From a virus (Duplodnaviria > Caudoviricetes), in IMG/VR virus record IMGVR_UViG_3300044675_003951, positions 1 to 55,701 of that record: a DNA stretch of 55,701 nucleotides. One strand, written 5' to 3'. The translations under genes and the position numbers were made by a program. Positions 8,398-18,024 of this stretch are shown in pieces; the first letter of the stretch is position 1; each line of letters begins with the position of its first letter. The notes beneath the pieces are model-generated. The model made no database searches, was not told the DNA's origin, and saw only the letters and a list, made by a program, of their open reading frames with translations.

Positions 8398-10329
8398 TCA
8401 CGCCTGTTGAGGGTTATTTCTAGCTCGGTTTTGAGCAGCAAATGCAGTGGGATCAAACCTAGAAACCAGCTTGCCGTAGCCTGCAGGCGTGGCCATGACC
8501 CAACCTTCCCCGCCAGGATTGGCAACGTCTGCTTGATCTTTAAGGTGCATCTTGAGTGCATGCAGCAGTTCAAATGCATAAAACGCTGCGCCCAGGGCTT
8601 CAATGTTGCTGCTGGGACTGTTCAAATATTCCACAATGTTGTTGAACTTGCGTGGAGTTACTTTGGTTTTTAACCAGTTGCCAAATTCTATTACCAACTG
8701 ATTAGCAGGTTGTAACGGAGCACCCACTTTGGTATTGATAAAATCCACTGCCAGCTTGAACAAATCTGTGATTTGTGCAGTACGAAGTTCAGCTGGGTTA
8801 AACAGAGTTTTCATGCTGTTTCCGTAGGTGCGAACAATCATTCGCAGTTGCTTTTCAATGGCTGGATCAGTTTCCAAGGTGTTAGGAGTGGCAGGACGCT
8901 CCAGTAACAATCCTGGTACTTCATTGAACGCTACGCCGCCAAGTGGCTGTCGTGGTTCACCAGCATCACTGTACATACTATGAACAGCAACACCTATGTT
9001 GCTGTTGCCAATGCGCTGTCCCATAGAGCTTTTGACAGGAATACGATATTCAATAGTGTTGGGCTCAAACACATAGTTGCCAGCTATCACAGGAGGACGT
9101 TGCATGTACAACAGATCTCCCTTGACATAACCACGGAAGTTAGGGGGCAAAGCAGCTTCTAGTACTGGAAACAGTGTTGCATAGAGGTTGATCAGTTCAG
9201 TTCTGTCTCCAGATCTGTTGCTTTGTATATCTGCCATCATTTGTGGACTGGTAGCAAGTCCGTCGTAGCCCTTGGCTTCAAACCCTGAACCATCTGTGAG
9301 CACAAACTCACCGGTGTCGGGTTTGCGGCCAAATATCACAGCTGGTTTTCCGTCCCACTTGGCAGTAACTGTTCCAGGGGACTCAGTGGCATGTTTGACA
9401 ATGTCTAGTGCTTGTTGTATACCAGCGGCGCCGTAACGAAACACTAAATCTTCCAGGTGTTCGATGCCCTTGGCTCTGCCGCCCACTCCGGGTTCAGCAG
9501 CTTCTACAATCATGTTGTTTTCTACCAGGGCCACGTAACCACGATTCACAATGCGATCACGTAGTCGTCCCAGGAATCCCACATCATCTTCAGCAACCGA
9601 CGCTGACGGCTCTTTGAGATTGTCCCTAGCAAGATATTGACGGAAGTCTTCAAGTTTGGCGTCCTTCTTGGGATCACGTGCTAGAGCAGCATAAATGGCT
9701 TCGACATTTTTGAGATTGTCTCGAGTGCGGCCTTTGCCCAGCAATACTTCAGCAGCGTGGTCAGGATCAAGTCCGCCTGGTATTAACTGATCTGTTATTC
9801 TGCTAGTGACTCCTTTAGCAGAAGCCTTGAGTCCTAAACTCTTGGCAATCGAGCTCAAGAGTATATTGCGGTACAAACCTTTGTACTCAGAATCAACACC
9901 ACCAGACAAAAAGAATGAGCCCCATTCAACATTAGGCATGAACATAAAATCTGTTTGTACAAAACCATTATCAGCATTGCCAAGTATGGGTGTTTTAAAA
10001 TGCACAGCTTCGCCACTCATACGCACAAACTCTCTTGGGTCCTGACTCTGACTTGTGGCAAATTGATCTAGTTTGACTTTTAATTCGCCCTTGGTGATTT
10101 CGTTGGTATCAACTGCCAGATCCAAGTCTCCCGATGACGGTTTTTTGCCTGTGCTGCCCAGCCATTTTACAGGATAACCTGTAGCAGGATCTTCTGTGCT
10201 GGTCAAGTCTAGCCCTGTTACAGTTTCCAACCACTGCACAGTGCCGGGTATGTCTGCTTGATCAATGCGCTGCGTGAGTGGCAGACCCATTTTGTCTTTG
10301 AATACGTTGCCGCCTTCGATCAGATTCAT
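8398..10329 (-). CDS. Fusion of a Pol-beta/PolX-like nucleotidyltransferase and an ATP-dependent ligase-like domain (DUF6267-like)
   Basis: LGSTGKKPSSGDLDLAV (GS...DxD) and VQTDF; second half HLEDLV, TAKWDG (KxDG), KGDLLY, GEGWV, KLVSR. Confidence 0.65.
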   Translation of the reverse strand: MNLIEGGNVFKDKMGLPLTQRIDQADIPGTVQWLETVTGLDLTSTEDPATGYPVKWLGSTGKKPSSGDLDLAVDTNEITKGELKVKLDQFATSQSQDPREFVRMSGEAVHFKTPILGNADNGFVQTDFMFMPNVEWGSFFLSGGVDSEYKGLYRNILLSSIAKSLGLKASAKGVTSRITDQLIPGGLDPDHAAEVLLGKGRTRDNLKNVEAIYAALARDPKKDAKLEDFRQYLARDNLKEPSASVAEDDVGFLGRLRDRIVNRGYVALVENNMIVEAAEPGVGGRAKGIEHLEDLVFRYGAAGIQQALDIVKHATESPGTVTAKWDGKPAVIFGRKPDTGEFVLTDGSGFEAKGYDGLATSPQMMADIQSNRSGDRTELINLYATLFPVLEAALPPNFRGYVKGDLLYMQRPPVIAGNYVFEPNTIEYRIPVKSSMGQRIGNSNIGVAVHSMYSDAGEPRQPLGGVAFNEVPGLLLERPATPNTLETDPAIEKQLRMIVRTYGNSMKTLFNPAELRTAQITDLFKLAVDFINTKVGAPLQPANQLVIEFGNWLKTKVTPRKFNNIVEYLNSPSSNIEALGAAFYAFELLHALKMHLKDQADVANPGGEGWVMATPAGYGKLVSRFDPTAFAAQNRARNNPQQA

Positions 10330-11099
10330 TTGACCCCACCCAACAACGCTGCTAGTGCAGGAGTTATTTTGCTGCCGTTAAGTCTGATATAATTTTGCAA
10401 AGCAGCAATGGTTTGGTCCGACATTCCCAGCTCATCTGCCAATTGCTCTGATGCAGGCGGCAGTAGGCCAGGCCGAGCAACAGCGCCTTGACCTTTGCTG
10501 GAGCTAAACTCTATTTCGCTTTTGGCATCTGAAATTGCTGCTGCCAATGTGCTCCATAGTGCTGACTCTTTGTTGGGATCAGGTTTGCCAGCTGTTTGTT
10601 CTTGTGCCACAATAGCATCAATTTGATTTTTAATGGATGTGGTTAATTTGGCAGCGTATTGTTTGCCTGTTCCGTCGTGTGCCTCTGCACTTACCTTATT
10701 GACCAACGATTCATACGGTTCACCAATCAATCTTGACACCATGTCTTCCAGCACCTGTTGTAATTGGGCTGGTGGTAGTTCACTTGGACGAGTTGCCATT
10801 AATCCAGCTGGAGTTTTCATGGTTTGCATCAGTTCGCTGACAGTTTGTTTCCATTCTTTTGCAGCAGCAGTTGCTAGACCCTTAATCAGTGGATCAGTGG
10901 CAGAGAAGGCTGCGTCTTGCGCTCCAGCCACAGTGGCTTTTTGTTGGCCGCCAATCACTGGATTCAAGCCCTGGGCAGCAGCAGCTTTGTTGACCAACTG
11001 TGATGCTATACCACCTACTACGCTGGCTGCTCCGCCAAGCGCTCCACCAACTGATGCTTCTTTGATGGGTTGTTTACGTGTTAATTCATGAATCTGCAT
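10326..11099 (-). CDS. Hypothetical, probable internal virion protein
   Basis: MQIHEL...IKE leader, Ala/Gly-rich helical sequence, in a late operon. Confidence 0.5.
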   Translation of the reverse strand: MQIHELTRKQPIKEASVGGALGGAASVVGGIASQLVNKAAAAQGLNPVIGGQQKATVAGAQDAAFSATDPLIKGLATAAAKEWKQTVSELMQTMKTPAGLMATRPSELPPAQLQQVLEDMVSRLIGEPYESLVNKVSAEAHDGTGKQYAAKLTTSIKNQIDAIVAQEQTAGKPDPNKESALWSTLAAAISDAKSEIEFSSSKGQGAVARPGLLPPASEQLADELGMSDQTIAALQNYIRLNGSKITPALAALLGGVK

Positions 11100-11334
11100 G
11101 GGTTCTCCTTACTGAACGCGAGAACTTGCCTGCGTCTTTGGTGCGAATGGCATTGAGTAATTTTCTTGTGAGATTGTCTGCTGCTTCAGCATCATACTCA
11201 GCTTCAATTTGTTCTACTAGTCGTATGGCATTAGCAATCACGTTTGTAGCACGATTTTCGATCAGCAAGCGCTGATCACGTTCTACATACAGTGATTCTA
11301 ATTCTTCTAGAATACTTCGAGTTTTTTTCTGCAT
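11086..11334 (-). CDS. Hypothetical helical protein
   Basis: 82-aa ORF directly after TAAATA (11358-11353). Confidence 0.6.
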   Translation of the reverse strand: MQKKTRSILEELESLYVERDQRLLIENRATNVIANAIRLVEQIEAEYDAEAADNLTRKLLNAIRTKDAGKFSRSVRRTHADS

Positions 11335-11352
11335 TGCTCAAGACCTTTGGAT

Positions 11353-11382
11353 TATTTAGCTATTTCAGGGTCTGAATAAATA
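11353..11382. promoter_or_regulatory. Divergent pair of late-type TAAATA promoters
   Basis: TAAATA on minus (11358-11353) and plus (11377-11382) between divergent genes. Confidence 0.65.
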
Positions 11383-11402
11383 TCTATAACAAGGACTACG
11401 AA

Positions 11403-12608
11403 ATGACCAGCCAAATCAACCCAAACAATATCGACGGTACCTATCCAGTTGCCGGCGTGCCCAATAACACCCAGGGCTTCAGAGACAACTTTACCAACAT
11501 CAAAACAAACTTTCAATATGCCGAAAACGAAATAGACGACCTACAAAGCAAGGTTGTGCTAAAGGCTGCACTGTCGGGCACTACGTTGAACAACAACATG
11601 GCAGACAATCTCATTTATGCTGTGAAACTAAATGACGTTTCGTATACCTATTTGCCTATTACCACAACCAGTGGCAGTATTGCCATTGATTATTCAGCAG
11701 CAGCATTCCAACAAATCAGTACCACAGGATCAGTTAGCCTGAGTTTCACAAACTTTCCTGCCAGTGGATCTGCTGGCACTGTACGAGTGGGTTTCAACAT
11801 CACCAACGTTGCACACACTGTGACCTTGCCAGCGTCAGTGAGTCAGGGCATTGCCACGATTGGCGGTGTATCGCCGGGCACACCTGGTGTATCAAACACC
11901 ATTACATTTGGCGCTGTGGGCAACTATGCATTTGAGTTTGTGAGCGTTGACGGCGGCACAACCATTTGGATCTTTGACAACAGTCGTGATCCTGGTATTG
12001 TTAGTACACCTATAGCTTTTACCAACACCACTGTGAGCACCAGTACCACCACAGGTGCTGTGGTTGTAACAGGCGGTGTGGGCATTGGCGGCAACCTGAA
12101 CGTGGGCGGCATCAGTGCATTCTCGGGCAACATAACTGGCAACCTAAGCGTCACAGGTAATATTGCTGGAGGCAATGTTATTACTACTGGAATCGCTAGT
12201 ATAGGAACTGCAAGTGTCACTGGTAACGTAACTGTGGCCGGTGCTGCTGGTATCGGTTTGACCAGCGCCGGAACTGTGGGCTATGCAGCAGGAGCAGGCG
12301 GCACTATTTCACAGTCTGGCAACAAATCTGGTACAGTGGTGTTGAACAAACCATCTGGTGAAATCACCATGCAGAATACCAACTTGGCTGCGGCTACTGC
12401 TGTGAGTTTTACGCTAACCAACTCTACTATTGGCACACGTGATTTGCTGTTGATCAACATTGTTGGAGGAGCTACACTTGGCGCCTACAACGTCAACGGC
12501 AATTGCACCACAGGGTCAGCAGTAATTACGTTGACTAATCGTACAGCGGGCACATTAGGAGAAGCAGTTGTGTTACGCTTTGCAGTGATCAAAGGTTCAA
12601 TTACTTAA
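11403..12608 (+). CDS. Virion structural protein, tail-fibre-like
   Basis: NNTQGFRDNF N-terminus; STSTTTGAVVVTGGVGIGGNLNVGG and GN[I/L/V]T repeats typical of phage fibres; AAGGA SD. Confidence 0.7.
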   Translation: MTSQINPNNIDGTYPVAGVPNNTQGFRDNFTNIKTNFQYAENEIDDLQSKVVLKAALSGTTLNNNMADNLIYAVKLNDVSYTYLPITTTSGSIAIDYSAAAFQQISTTGSVSLSFTNFPASGSAGTVRVGFNITNVAHTVTLPASVSQGIATIGGVSPGTPGVSNTITFGAVGNYAFEFVSVDGGTTIWIFDNSRDPGIVSTPIAFTNTTVSTSTTTGAVVVTGGVGIGGNLNVGGISAFSGNITGNLSVTGNIAGGNVITTGIASIGTASVTGNVTVAGAAGIGLTSAGTVGYAAGAGGTISQSGNKSGTVVLNKPSGEITMQNTNLAAATAVSFTLTNSTIGTRDLLLINIVGGATLGAYNVNGNCTTGSAVITLTNRTAGTLGEAVVLRFAVIKGSIT

Positions 12609-13311
12609 ACTCGAGTTTGGCATTTATGTCTGACCATATTGATTCTCGATCAGGGTCATATGGAATCCAGGGTGTTTGATTAATCAACAATTCCAATTCT
12701 TTTTGTAAATTTTGATCAACAGTGATATCAATTTGCGGAATAATTTGTTCAACTAACCAATAGAAATGCACAATTGGAGACGGTTGTACTTGTGTCTGCC
12801 GGGTTAATCCGAATCGGCTGTGCTGGCTGAATGTGTCTGCTGACTGTGTGCTAGTATGAACTAGTTGACAATTTAAATTAGCGGCTGTGTGCGATACCAG
12901 GGTCTGATACATCTGTTGTCTACGATTGTGTTGGCCTAGCTGCACATACAGTTTGTGATAGTCTTGAACTTCTTGGACTGTGCTGGCACTACTCAACCAC
13001 CATTTACGATCTTGTGAATCAACATTGACGTTAAAATAATACGTTGGATCGTTGGCAATGATATTTTGCCAGGAATCATCTTGAATCATTTTGTCGAATC
13101 TATTTGCGTTAGGCCATTGAAAAATTACTATGCTGTCGTGCATACCATCTACTAGATCCACAAATCCTGAAACTAAAAATTCAGTGCCTGCCCCAACTCC
13201 TGCTGTGTTGATCACTTGGTATTGGGGCAGCAGCGTTTGTAAAATCTGAGGCCATTCTGGCCATATATGTCCAGTTGCAAATCCGTCACCAAAACAAAAA
13301 ATTTTCTTCAT
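12601..13311 (-). CDS. SGNH/GDSL-hydrolase-like protein with degenerate catalytic residues
   Basis: IFCFGDGFA (block I, Ser replaced by Gly), INTAGVGAG (block II), IFQW, QPSP where HP is expected. Confidence 0.5.
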   Translation of the reverse strand: MKKIFCFGDGFATGHIWPEWPQILQTLLPQYQVINTAGVGAGTEFLVSGFVDLVDGMHDSIVIFQWPNANRFDKMIQDDSWQNIIANDPTYYFNVNVDSQDRKWWLSSASTVQEVQDYHKLYVQLGQHNRRQQMYQTLVSHTAANLNCQLVHTSTQSADTFSQHSRFGLTRQTQVQPSPIVHFYWLVEQIIPQIDITVDQNLQKELELLINQTPWIPYDPDRESIWSDINAKLEFK

Positions 13312-13312
13312 A

Positions 13313-14119
13313 TCAAAATTTCTGATCAAAAGTTTTTAAGTGTTGATCCACCATGTTCCATAACTGGCAAGTGTTGCTAGGATAACTATCATTATCAAAC
13401 AATTCTCCATCAAATATTCCAACAGATTTTGACAACAAACTATTGATCAATGCTTGCGACATTTCGGTGCTGAAAAATTCAATGTTATTTCCTACTATTG
13501 CAGCATGCACTAGGTGTTTGCATTCTTTGTAATGTTGCCATCCTTGATTCCTAGTTAAAAATTCTTCAGACAAATCACTTAGTTCTTGGTCAGGCACAAA
13601 TGTTATTTCTAAAAACTCAGCCAAGCGATATAGTTCATTATAAAATTCCACTAGATCAAACAAACTTTCCATGCAAAACTCAAAAGCTGGTAAATCAATC
13701 CAACTCCAATTGTCGGGAAGAGGATATCCATCAACTGTTGAATTAAATTTAGCATACCATTCATTTCTAAGTTTGGCGGGACTACGTCTCACTGATTCTG
13801 AAATTAGTTTTATTTTTTTTTCTAAAGGTATATCACCGGCTCGACTCATGACATTGATTTGATATATCCAGTTGGCCCAATCCTGACTAATGTTGATTCT
13901 AATTACCTTGGTTGGAGTATTTTGTGATATATTAAACTCAGTATAATGTGCAGCTTCTACTATTCTGTGTGCCATGTATGCTGTGTCTTTACGAATCTGA
14001 TGACAAGCACCGTGCTCAGTAAAAATGTCAGGTACTCGTGGACCCTTGAATATCCACGTATTAATTACATACTCTAGAAAGTGCCCATGACTGCCTGAAA
14101 AAAAATCCAGGTATATCAT
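13313..14119 (-). CDS. Hypothetical protein, possibly sulfotransferase/P-loop-like fold
   Basis: Start refined to ATG 14119 (TAATG overlap with the helicase stop); N-terminal strand plus Gly loop IYLDFFSGSHGHFL; AT-rich. Confidence 0.4.
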   Translation of the reverse strand: MIYLDFFSGSHGHFLEYVINTWIFKGPRVPDIFTEHGACHQIRKDTAYMAHRIVEAAHYTEFNISQNTPTKVIRINISQDWANWIYQINVMSRAGDIPLEKKIKLISESVRRSPAKLRNEWYAKFNSTVDGYPLPDNWSWIDLPAFEFCMESLFDLVEFYNELYRLAEFLEITFVPDQELSDLSEEFLTRNQGWQHYKECKHLVHAAIVGNNIEFFSTEMSQALINSLLSKSVGIFDGELFDNDSYPSNTCQLWNMVDQHLKTFDQKF

Positions 14120-15564
14120 TATGACGCTTTGATCTTGCCCAGCATTTGTTTCAGCTTGGCACTTTGAACGTCTGCTGAAATCTTGGCAACATCTCCTTGC
14201 TTGACCACAGGCTTGTCCCAAACGTGTGTGCCTCCTGCAGGCGCGGCCCAGGCAGCATCGGAGCTTGCAGCAACCTGGCTCTTGGCCTTGATTGATTCCA
14301 TGATTGAACTTTGTGGTTTGTTGTAACCGTTTTCGTCCCCGCCTTCGTCAGTAATACGCATGGTTTCAATGTTATACTCCAAATCAATTTTTTGACCAAC
14401 GCCGGTCGAGCTTCGAGATTTCATACACTGGATCTGATACTTGCCACGCTCTTTCATAGCACGACTTGTAAAGATACCAAACACATTGTCTGCTGTGTTG
14501 ATTTTACTAATACCACCTGAAATGTGGCTGTGGTCAAATTCAATTTCTTCCACTGCTGATCTGTTCAACTGACTGGCTGTCACTAACAAAATGCCCAGTT
14601 CTTTGGCTAGATTACGCAGTTCCTCACTCACATACTTGTCTTTCACAAACAAATCGTTGGGACTAACTTTAGCACTCACTGGCATGACCAAGTCAAGATA
14701 ATCTACCATCACAAAGTCCACTCTAATGCCTGTTTGTATCTGTACTTCTTTCAAATAAGCACGAATATCATTCACATTGCTTTGTGCCGGCAACCCCTTC
14801 ACACGATACTGTCCAGACTTCTTTTGAATCATCTTGACCTTGAGCGCAGTGGTTTCGATGTCTTTGCGAATCTCTTTGGTGCTCATGCTGGTCAACATTG
14901 CATCACTTCGCAAACTGGTTAGTTCTTCACTCAGTTCCAGTGTAATATACACACCACTCAAGCCCTGTTGCAACCAGTTGAGTGCAATGTTCATCATGAC
15001 CAGGCTTTTGCCCGAGCCTGATCCGCCTGCAAATATGTTCAACTCACCACGGCTGAATCCACCATACAACAATCGATCCATTTGTGGCCATCCTGTGCTG
15101 ACCTGTCCTCCAGCATTAAAGTACTTGTTGATACGAGCACTTGGATCATCAAAATAGTCTGTGCCCATGTCCTTGGTCAAGCTGATCTGTACAGCGTCCT
15201 TGATCAGTTTCTCCACAGGATCGTAGTCGCCCTTTTCCAGCAAGTCAGCTGCTTTCAAAATAGCACGTTCCAATTCTTGCCGCTTGGTAAAGTTTTCAAA
15301 CTCTTCCATAAACCAAGCATGATGTCCTTCATTGAATTCATCCAGGTGTTGTAACTTGATCCCTGTGGTTGCAGCGATCTGTGCAGCAGTGGGCAAAGTG
15401 CCGTGGTCCACACTGTGTGTCTTGATAAACTCGGCCGCAGGTCTTACACTACGATCAAAGTTTTCTGGATTGTAGATGTTCTGCACACGAACATAACTTT
15501 CTGCATCCTGAAGTATCATCTCCAGGAACAGTCGTTGTACATCAGTTCCGTAGTCTTTTAACAA
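14119..15564 (-). CDS. dnaB: Replicative DNA helicase (DnaB/T4 gp41 family)
   Basis: STGW..MD, AGGSGSGKS (Walker A), ITLE, MVDYLD, TASQLNR, KSR; probable TTG start at 15564. Confidence 0.93.
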   Translation of the reverse strand: MLKDYGTDVQRLFLEMILQDAESYVRVQNIYNPENFDRSVRPAAEFIKTHSVDHGTLPTAAQIAATTGIKLQHLDEFNEGHHAWFMEEFENFTKRQELERAILKAADLLEKGDYDPVEKLIKDAVQISLTKDMGTDYFDDPSARINKYFNAGGQVSTGWPQMDRLLYGGFSRGELNIFAGGSGSGKSLVMMNIALNWLQQGLSGVYITLELSEELTSLRSDAMLTSMSTKEIRKDIETTALKVKMIQKKSGQYRVKGLPAQSNVNDIRAYLKEVQIQTGIRVDFVMVDYLDLVMPVSAKVSPNDLFVKDKYVSEELRNLAKELGILLVTASQLNRSAVEEIEFDHSHISGGISKINTADNVFGIFTSRAMKERGKYQIQCMKSRSSTGVGQKIDLEYNIETMRITDEGGDENGYNKPQSSIMESIKAKSQVAASSDAAWAAPAGGTHVWDKPVVKQGDVAKISADVQSAKLKQMLGKIKAS

Positions 15565-16513
15565 GTTGTTTCTTTCGTAATTCAATTTTAATTTTAGATG
15601 TTTCTCTAGCCTGCATGATAGTTATCAATGCGCCTAGTCTACCATATTTCTTCACAGCATCGTTGATATCTTTAACGTCTGCACCCCAGTTAGGTATGCT
15701 TACTGCCCAGTTTAGTTCTACGGCACGATCAATCAGTTCAATACCTGCAGAATCCTGGTCAGGTACCACAGTGACTTCTTTGCCCAGTCGTCGTATCAAT
15801 TTTGCTTGAGCATCACTTACTGTGTTGTGCATTAGTGCAAGGCCGCCAATTGACAGCGCATCAAAGATGCCTTCTGTTACTATAACATGAGTCCAGTTGT
15901 TGTGCAGCAAGTCTGTTCCAAACACATAGCCCGGTTGCATGTCATTAAGATAACGCGGATTCCTATCGTCTAAAAATCGAATTGTGCTGCCTACAATTTT
16001 GTTGTTGTGTGTAAACGGCACAATCACCCCGGCTCTTTTTGACGAGGCTTGCACCATAAAAGGAAAGTCAGCAGGTACACATCTGCTTTGTAAGTAATCC
16101 CATTGTGTTGGAAAATCTGTTGTTAAAAACTCTGCACCGGGTGGTAGCTCTCGTTCTTCAAACTGAATTCCTTGCAGTATGTTGGTAACTTGTTGTCGAT
16201 CTTCCAAAATGCCATTGATGCTTTTGTGTCGTAGACTTTCTAGATTGATCAAGTCAATCTCACGTTCTTGCATGCCCAACCAACCCAACAACTTACGGGC
16301 TTTGTAACTTATTGTGCGTCCAATAATAAAGCTGGCAGTATAGCCACAGTTGAAGCAATGATAGCTCCAGCCCTGCTCGTTTGTTTTGATGCCGCCACGA
16401 CTGCGTCGATCTGGACTGTCCCCGTTGTGATAACAGCACACCGCATTAAAGCTGATCCAGCCGCTGGGGCTGACTTTTCGCTTGGCGGGTAAGTAATCTA
16501 AGATATCCAGCAT
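15542..16513 (-). CDS. dnaG: DNA primase (T4 gp61/DnaG-like, zinc finger plus TOPRIM)
   Basis: CC.H...YHCFNCG zinc domain; TEGIFDA and PDQD TOPRIM motifs; KDIND. Confidence 0.9.
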   Translation of the reverse strand: MLDILDYLPAKRKVSPSGWISFNAVCCYHNGDSPDRRSRGGIKTNEQGWSYHCFNCGYTASFIIGRTISYKARKLLGWLGMQEREIDLINLESLRHKSINGILEDRQQVTNILQGIQFEERELPPGAEFLTTDFPTQWDYLQSRCVPADFPFMVQASSKRAGVIVPFTHNNKIVGSTIRFLDDRNPRYLNDMQPGYVFGTDLLHNNWTHVIVTEGIFDALSIGGLALMHNTVSDAQAKLIRRLGKEVTVVPDQDSAGIELIDRAVELNWAVSIPNWGADVKDINDAVKKYGRLGALITIMQARETSKIKIELRKKQLVKRLRN

Positions 16514-16519
16514 CTGCTT

Positions 16520-16548
16520 AGTATAGCAGAGTTGTCACACAATATCAA
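16520..16548 (-). promoter_or_regulatory. sigma70-type promoter of the primase gene, probably giving a leaderless mRNA
   Basis: TTGATA-17 nt (ending TGC)-TATACT-6 nt-ATG. Confidence 0.7.
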
Positions 16549-17615
16549 CGATATTGAACGTTTTCAATCTTGCCGTTGCTGAAAACCGCAGTAGCAGATG
16601 GACTGCCTAAGAATTGAATTGGCAAATATCCGGAACCTCCAGCAATCACATTGACTTGGCTGACCGTTCCGTTGCCGCCATATACCGCTTCTACTATGGC
16701 ACCGGCACCGTTGCCCAGAATCTGAACATAAGGTGCAGCAACATAGCTATAGCCTGGATTGGTCAGAGACACTCCTGTAACCACACCGTTGACCACAGTG
16801 ACTGTGCCGCTGGCTCCGTAACCGATTGAGTTGTTTAGAGCCAGTCGCAACAAGGGATGATAGCCCACAATGTTAAAATAGTCGCTAACTGTGTCGTCAA
16901 AATATTCACGAGATTCGCTGACATCATACCAGACACTTTCGTAGTTTTCAGCAGCTTGAACCTTAATGGCTCCGGTAAAGTGAACCAGGTCAAATTTTAC
17001 TGTGGTAAATGCAGCACCTGTGGTTTCAATTTGACTGCTGTAAAACTCAGTTGGTTGTATGCTGTTGATTGGTTGCGGGTTCAGTGCCCAGTCTGGATAA
17101 GATGTGGGTGCTGCGCTCACAAATTGATTCTTGCCGTAAATGTCAGGCACTGTGACTGGCTGGCTGGGCTGGAATTGTGGCAGTATGGAGTCTACAATAT
17201 TGCAGTCGGCACGAGCTTGGCTGTTGGCATCCACATACACAGCTTGTGCATAGTTGCCGGCCTTGCGTTCAATGCTGTAGCTGGCAGGCTGTGCTTGTAT
17301 GTTGATGGTGTCAGTGGTGTCTAGAACCACTTTAACACGCCCTGTGGTAGCACTCAACACTTCGCAGTCCTTTTGTACCAGCAGCTCGTCGCCGGCCTGG
17401 TTGATCACACGGAAAACAAACGTGCTACCTGTGATATTTACAGGTTTTTGGTCTTGGTTAATGAACTCAAACAAGAGAACATTGTCCACGCCTTTGTTGA
17501 TGGTTAGAGATTTTGCGTACACTGGATCATACCTTGCTGTGAAGTAGCCACCATCAGTGTTGACCAATAACACTCGGGTAATTTGTTGGTAAAGATAAAC
17601 GGTGGTGGAATACAT
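16545..17615 (-). CDS. Virion structural protein (baseplate/tail-associated)
   Basis: Beta-rich; C-terminal VTGVSLTNPGYSY and VSQVNVIAGGSGY repeats typical of myovirus structural proteins; TAAATA 5 nt before ATG. Confidence 0.6.
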   Translation of the reverse strand: MYSTTVYLYQQITRVLLVNTDGGYFTARYDPVYAKSLTINKGVDNVLLFEFINQDQKPVNITGSTFVFRVINQAGDELLVQKDCEVLSATTGRVKVVLDTTDTINIQAQPASYSIERKAGNYAQAVYVDANSQARADCNIVDSILPQFQPSQPVTVPDIYGKNQFVSAAPTSYPDWALNPQPINSIQPTEFYSSQIETTGAAFTTVKFDLVHFTGAIKVQAAENYESVWYDVSESREYFDDTVSDYFNIVGYHPLLRLALNNSIGYGASGTVTVVNGVVTGVSLTNPGYSYVAAPYVQILGNGAGAIVEAVYGGNGTVSQVNVIAGGSGYLPIQFLGSPSATAVFSNGKIENVQYR

Positions 17616-17620
17616 TACTC

Positions 17621-17640
17621 TATTTAGCTGCTAATAAATA
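17621..17640. promoter_or_regulatory. Divergent pair of late-type TAAATA promoters
   Basis: Minus TAAATA (17626-17621) 5 nt from ATG 17615; plus TAAATA (17635-17640) 6 nt from ATG 17647. Confidence 0.7.
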
Positions 17641-17646
17641 ACCCTG

Positions 17647-18024
17647 ATGGGCAATAACATATTTGAAAAACTGACGGAAAAGTACCCCTTTATTACCTTG
17701 TGCGTTTACGCAAATCAAGAGTATGTGGGAGTGGTACAAAATCGTGATGACATTGTGACAACTATTTACGACTTTGGATCTGTTACAGATCAGTCTGACA
17801 AGATGTTATTTTTGGAACTGGCAAGTACTTGGTGGTGGGAAAGCAACAGAAGCATTCCTATAAACATTTTCTTGCGTAAAGAGTGGGATCAATTTCGTGT
17901 GACTTTGAGAACATTTGCCAACAAGGACCTGGAAATTTTACACGGTCCCATTTGTAGCCTTATGGATATTGCTCGTAAAAAATCCAAACGAAAATCAATT
18001 ACCTTGGTCAGGCGTATTGAGTAA
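17647..18024 (+). CDS. Hypothetical phage protein
   Basis: Fills the gap between minus-strand genes, has its own TAAATA, WWWESNRSIPI motif and a basic tail. Confidence 0.65.
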   Translation: MGNNIFEKLTEKYPFITLCVYANQEYVGVVQNRDDIVTTIYDFGSVTDQSDKMLFLELASTWWWESNRSIPINIFLRKEWDQFRVTLRTFANKDLEILHGPICSLMDIARKKSKRKSITLVRRIE

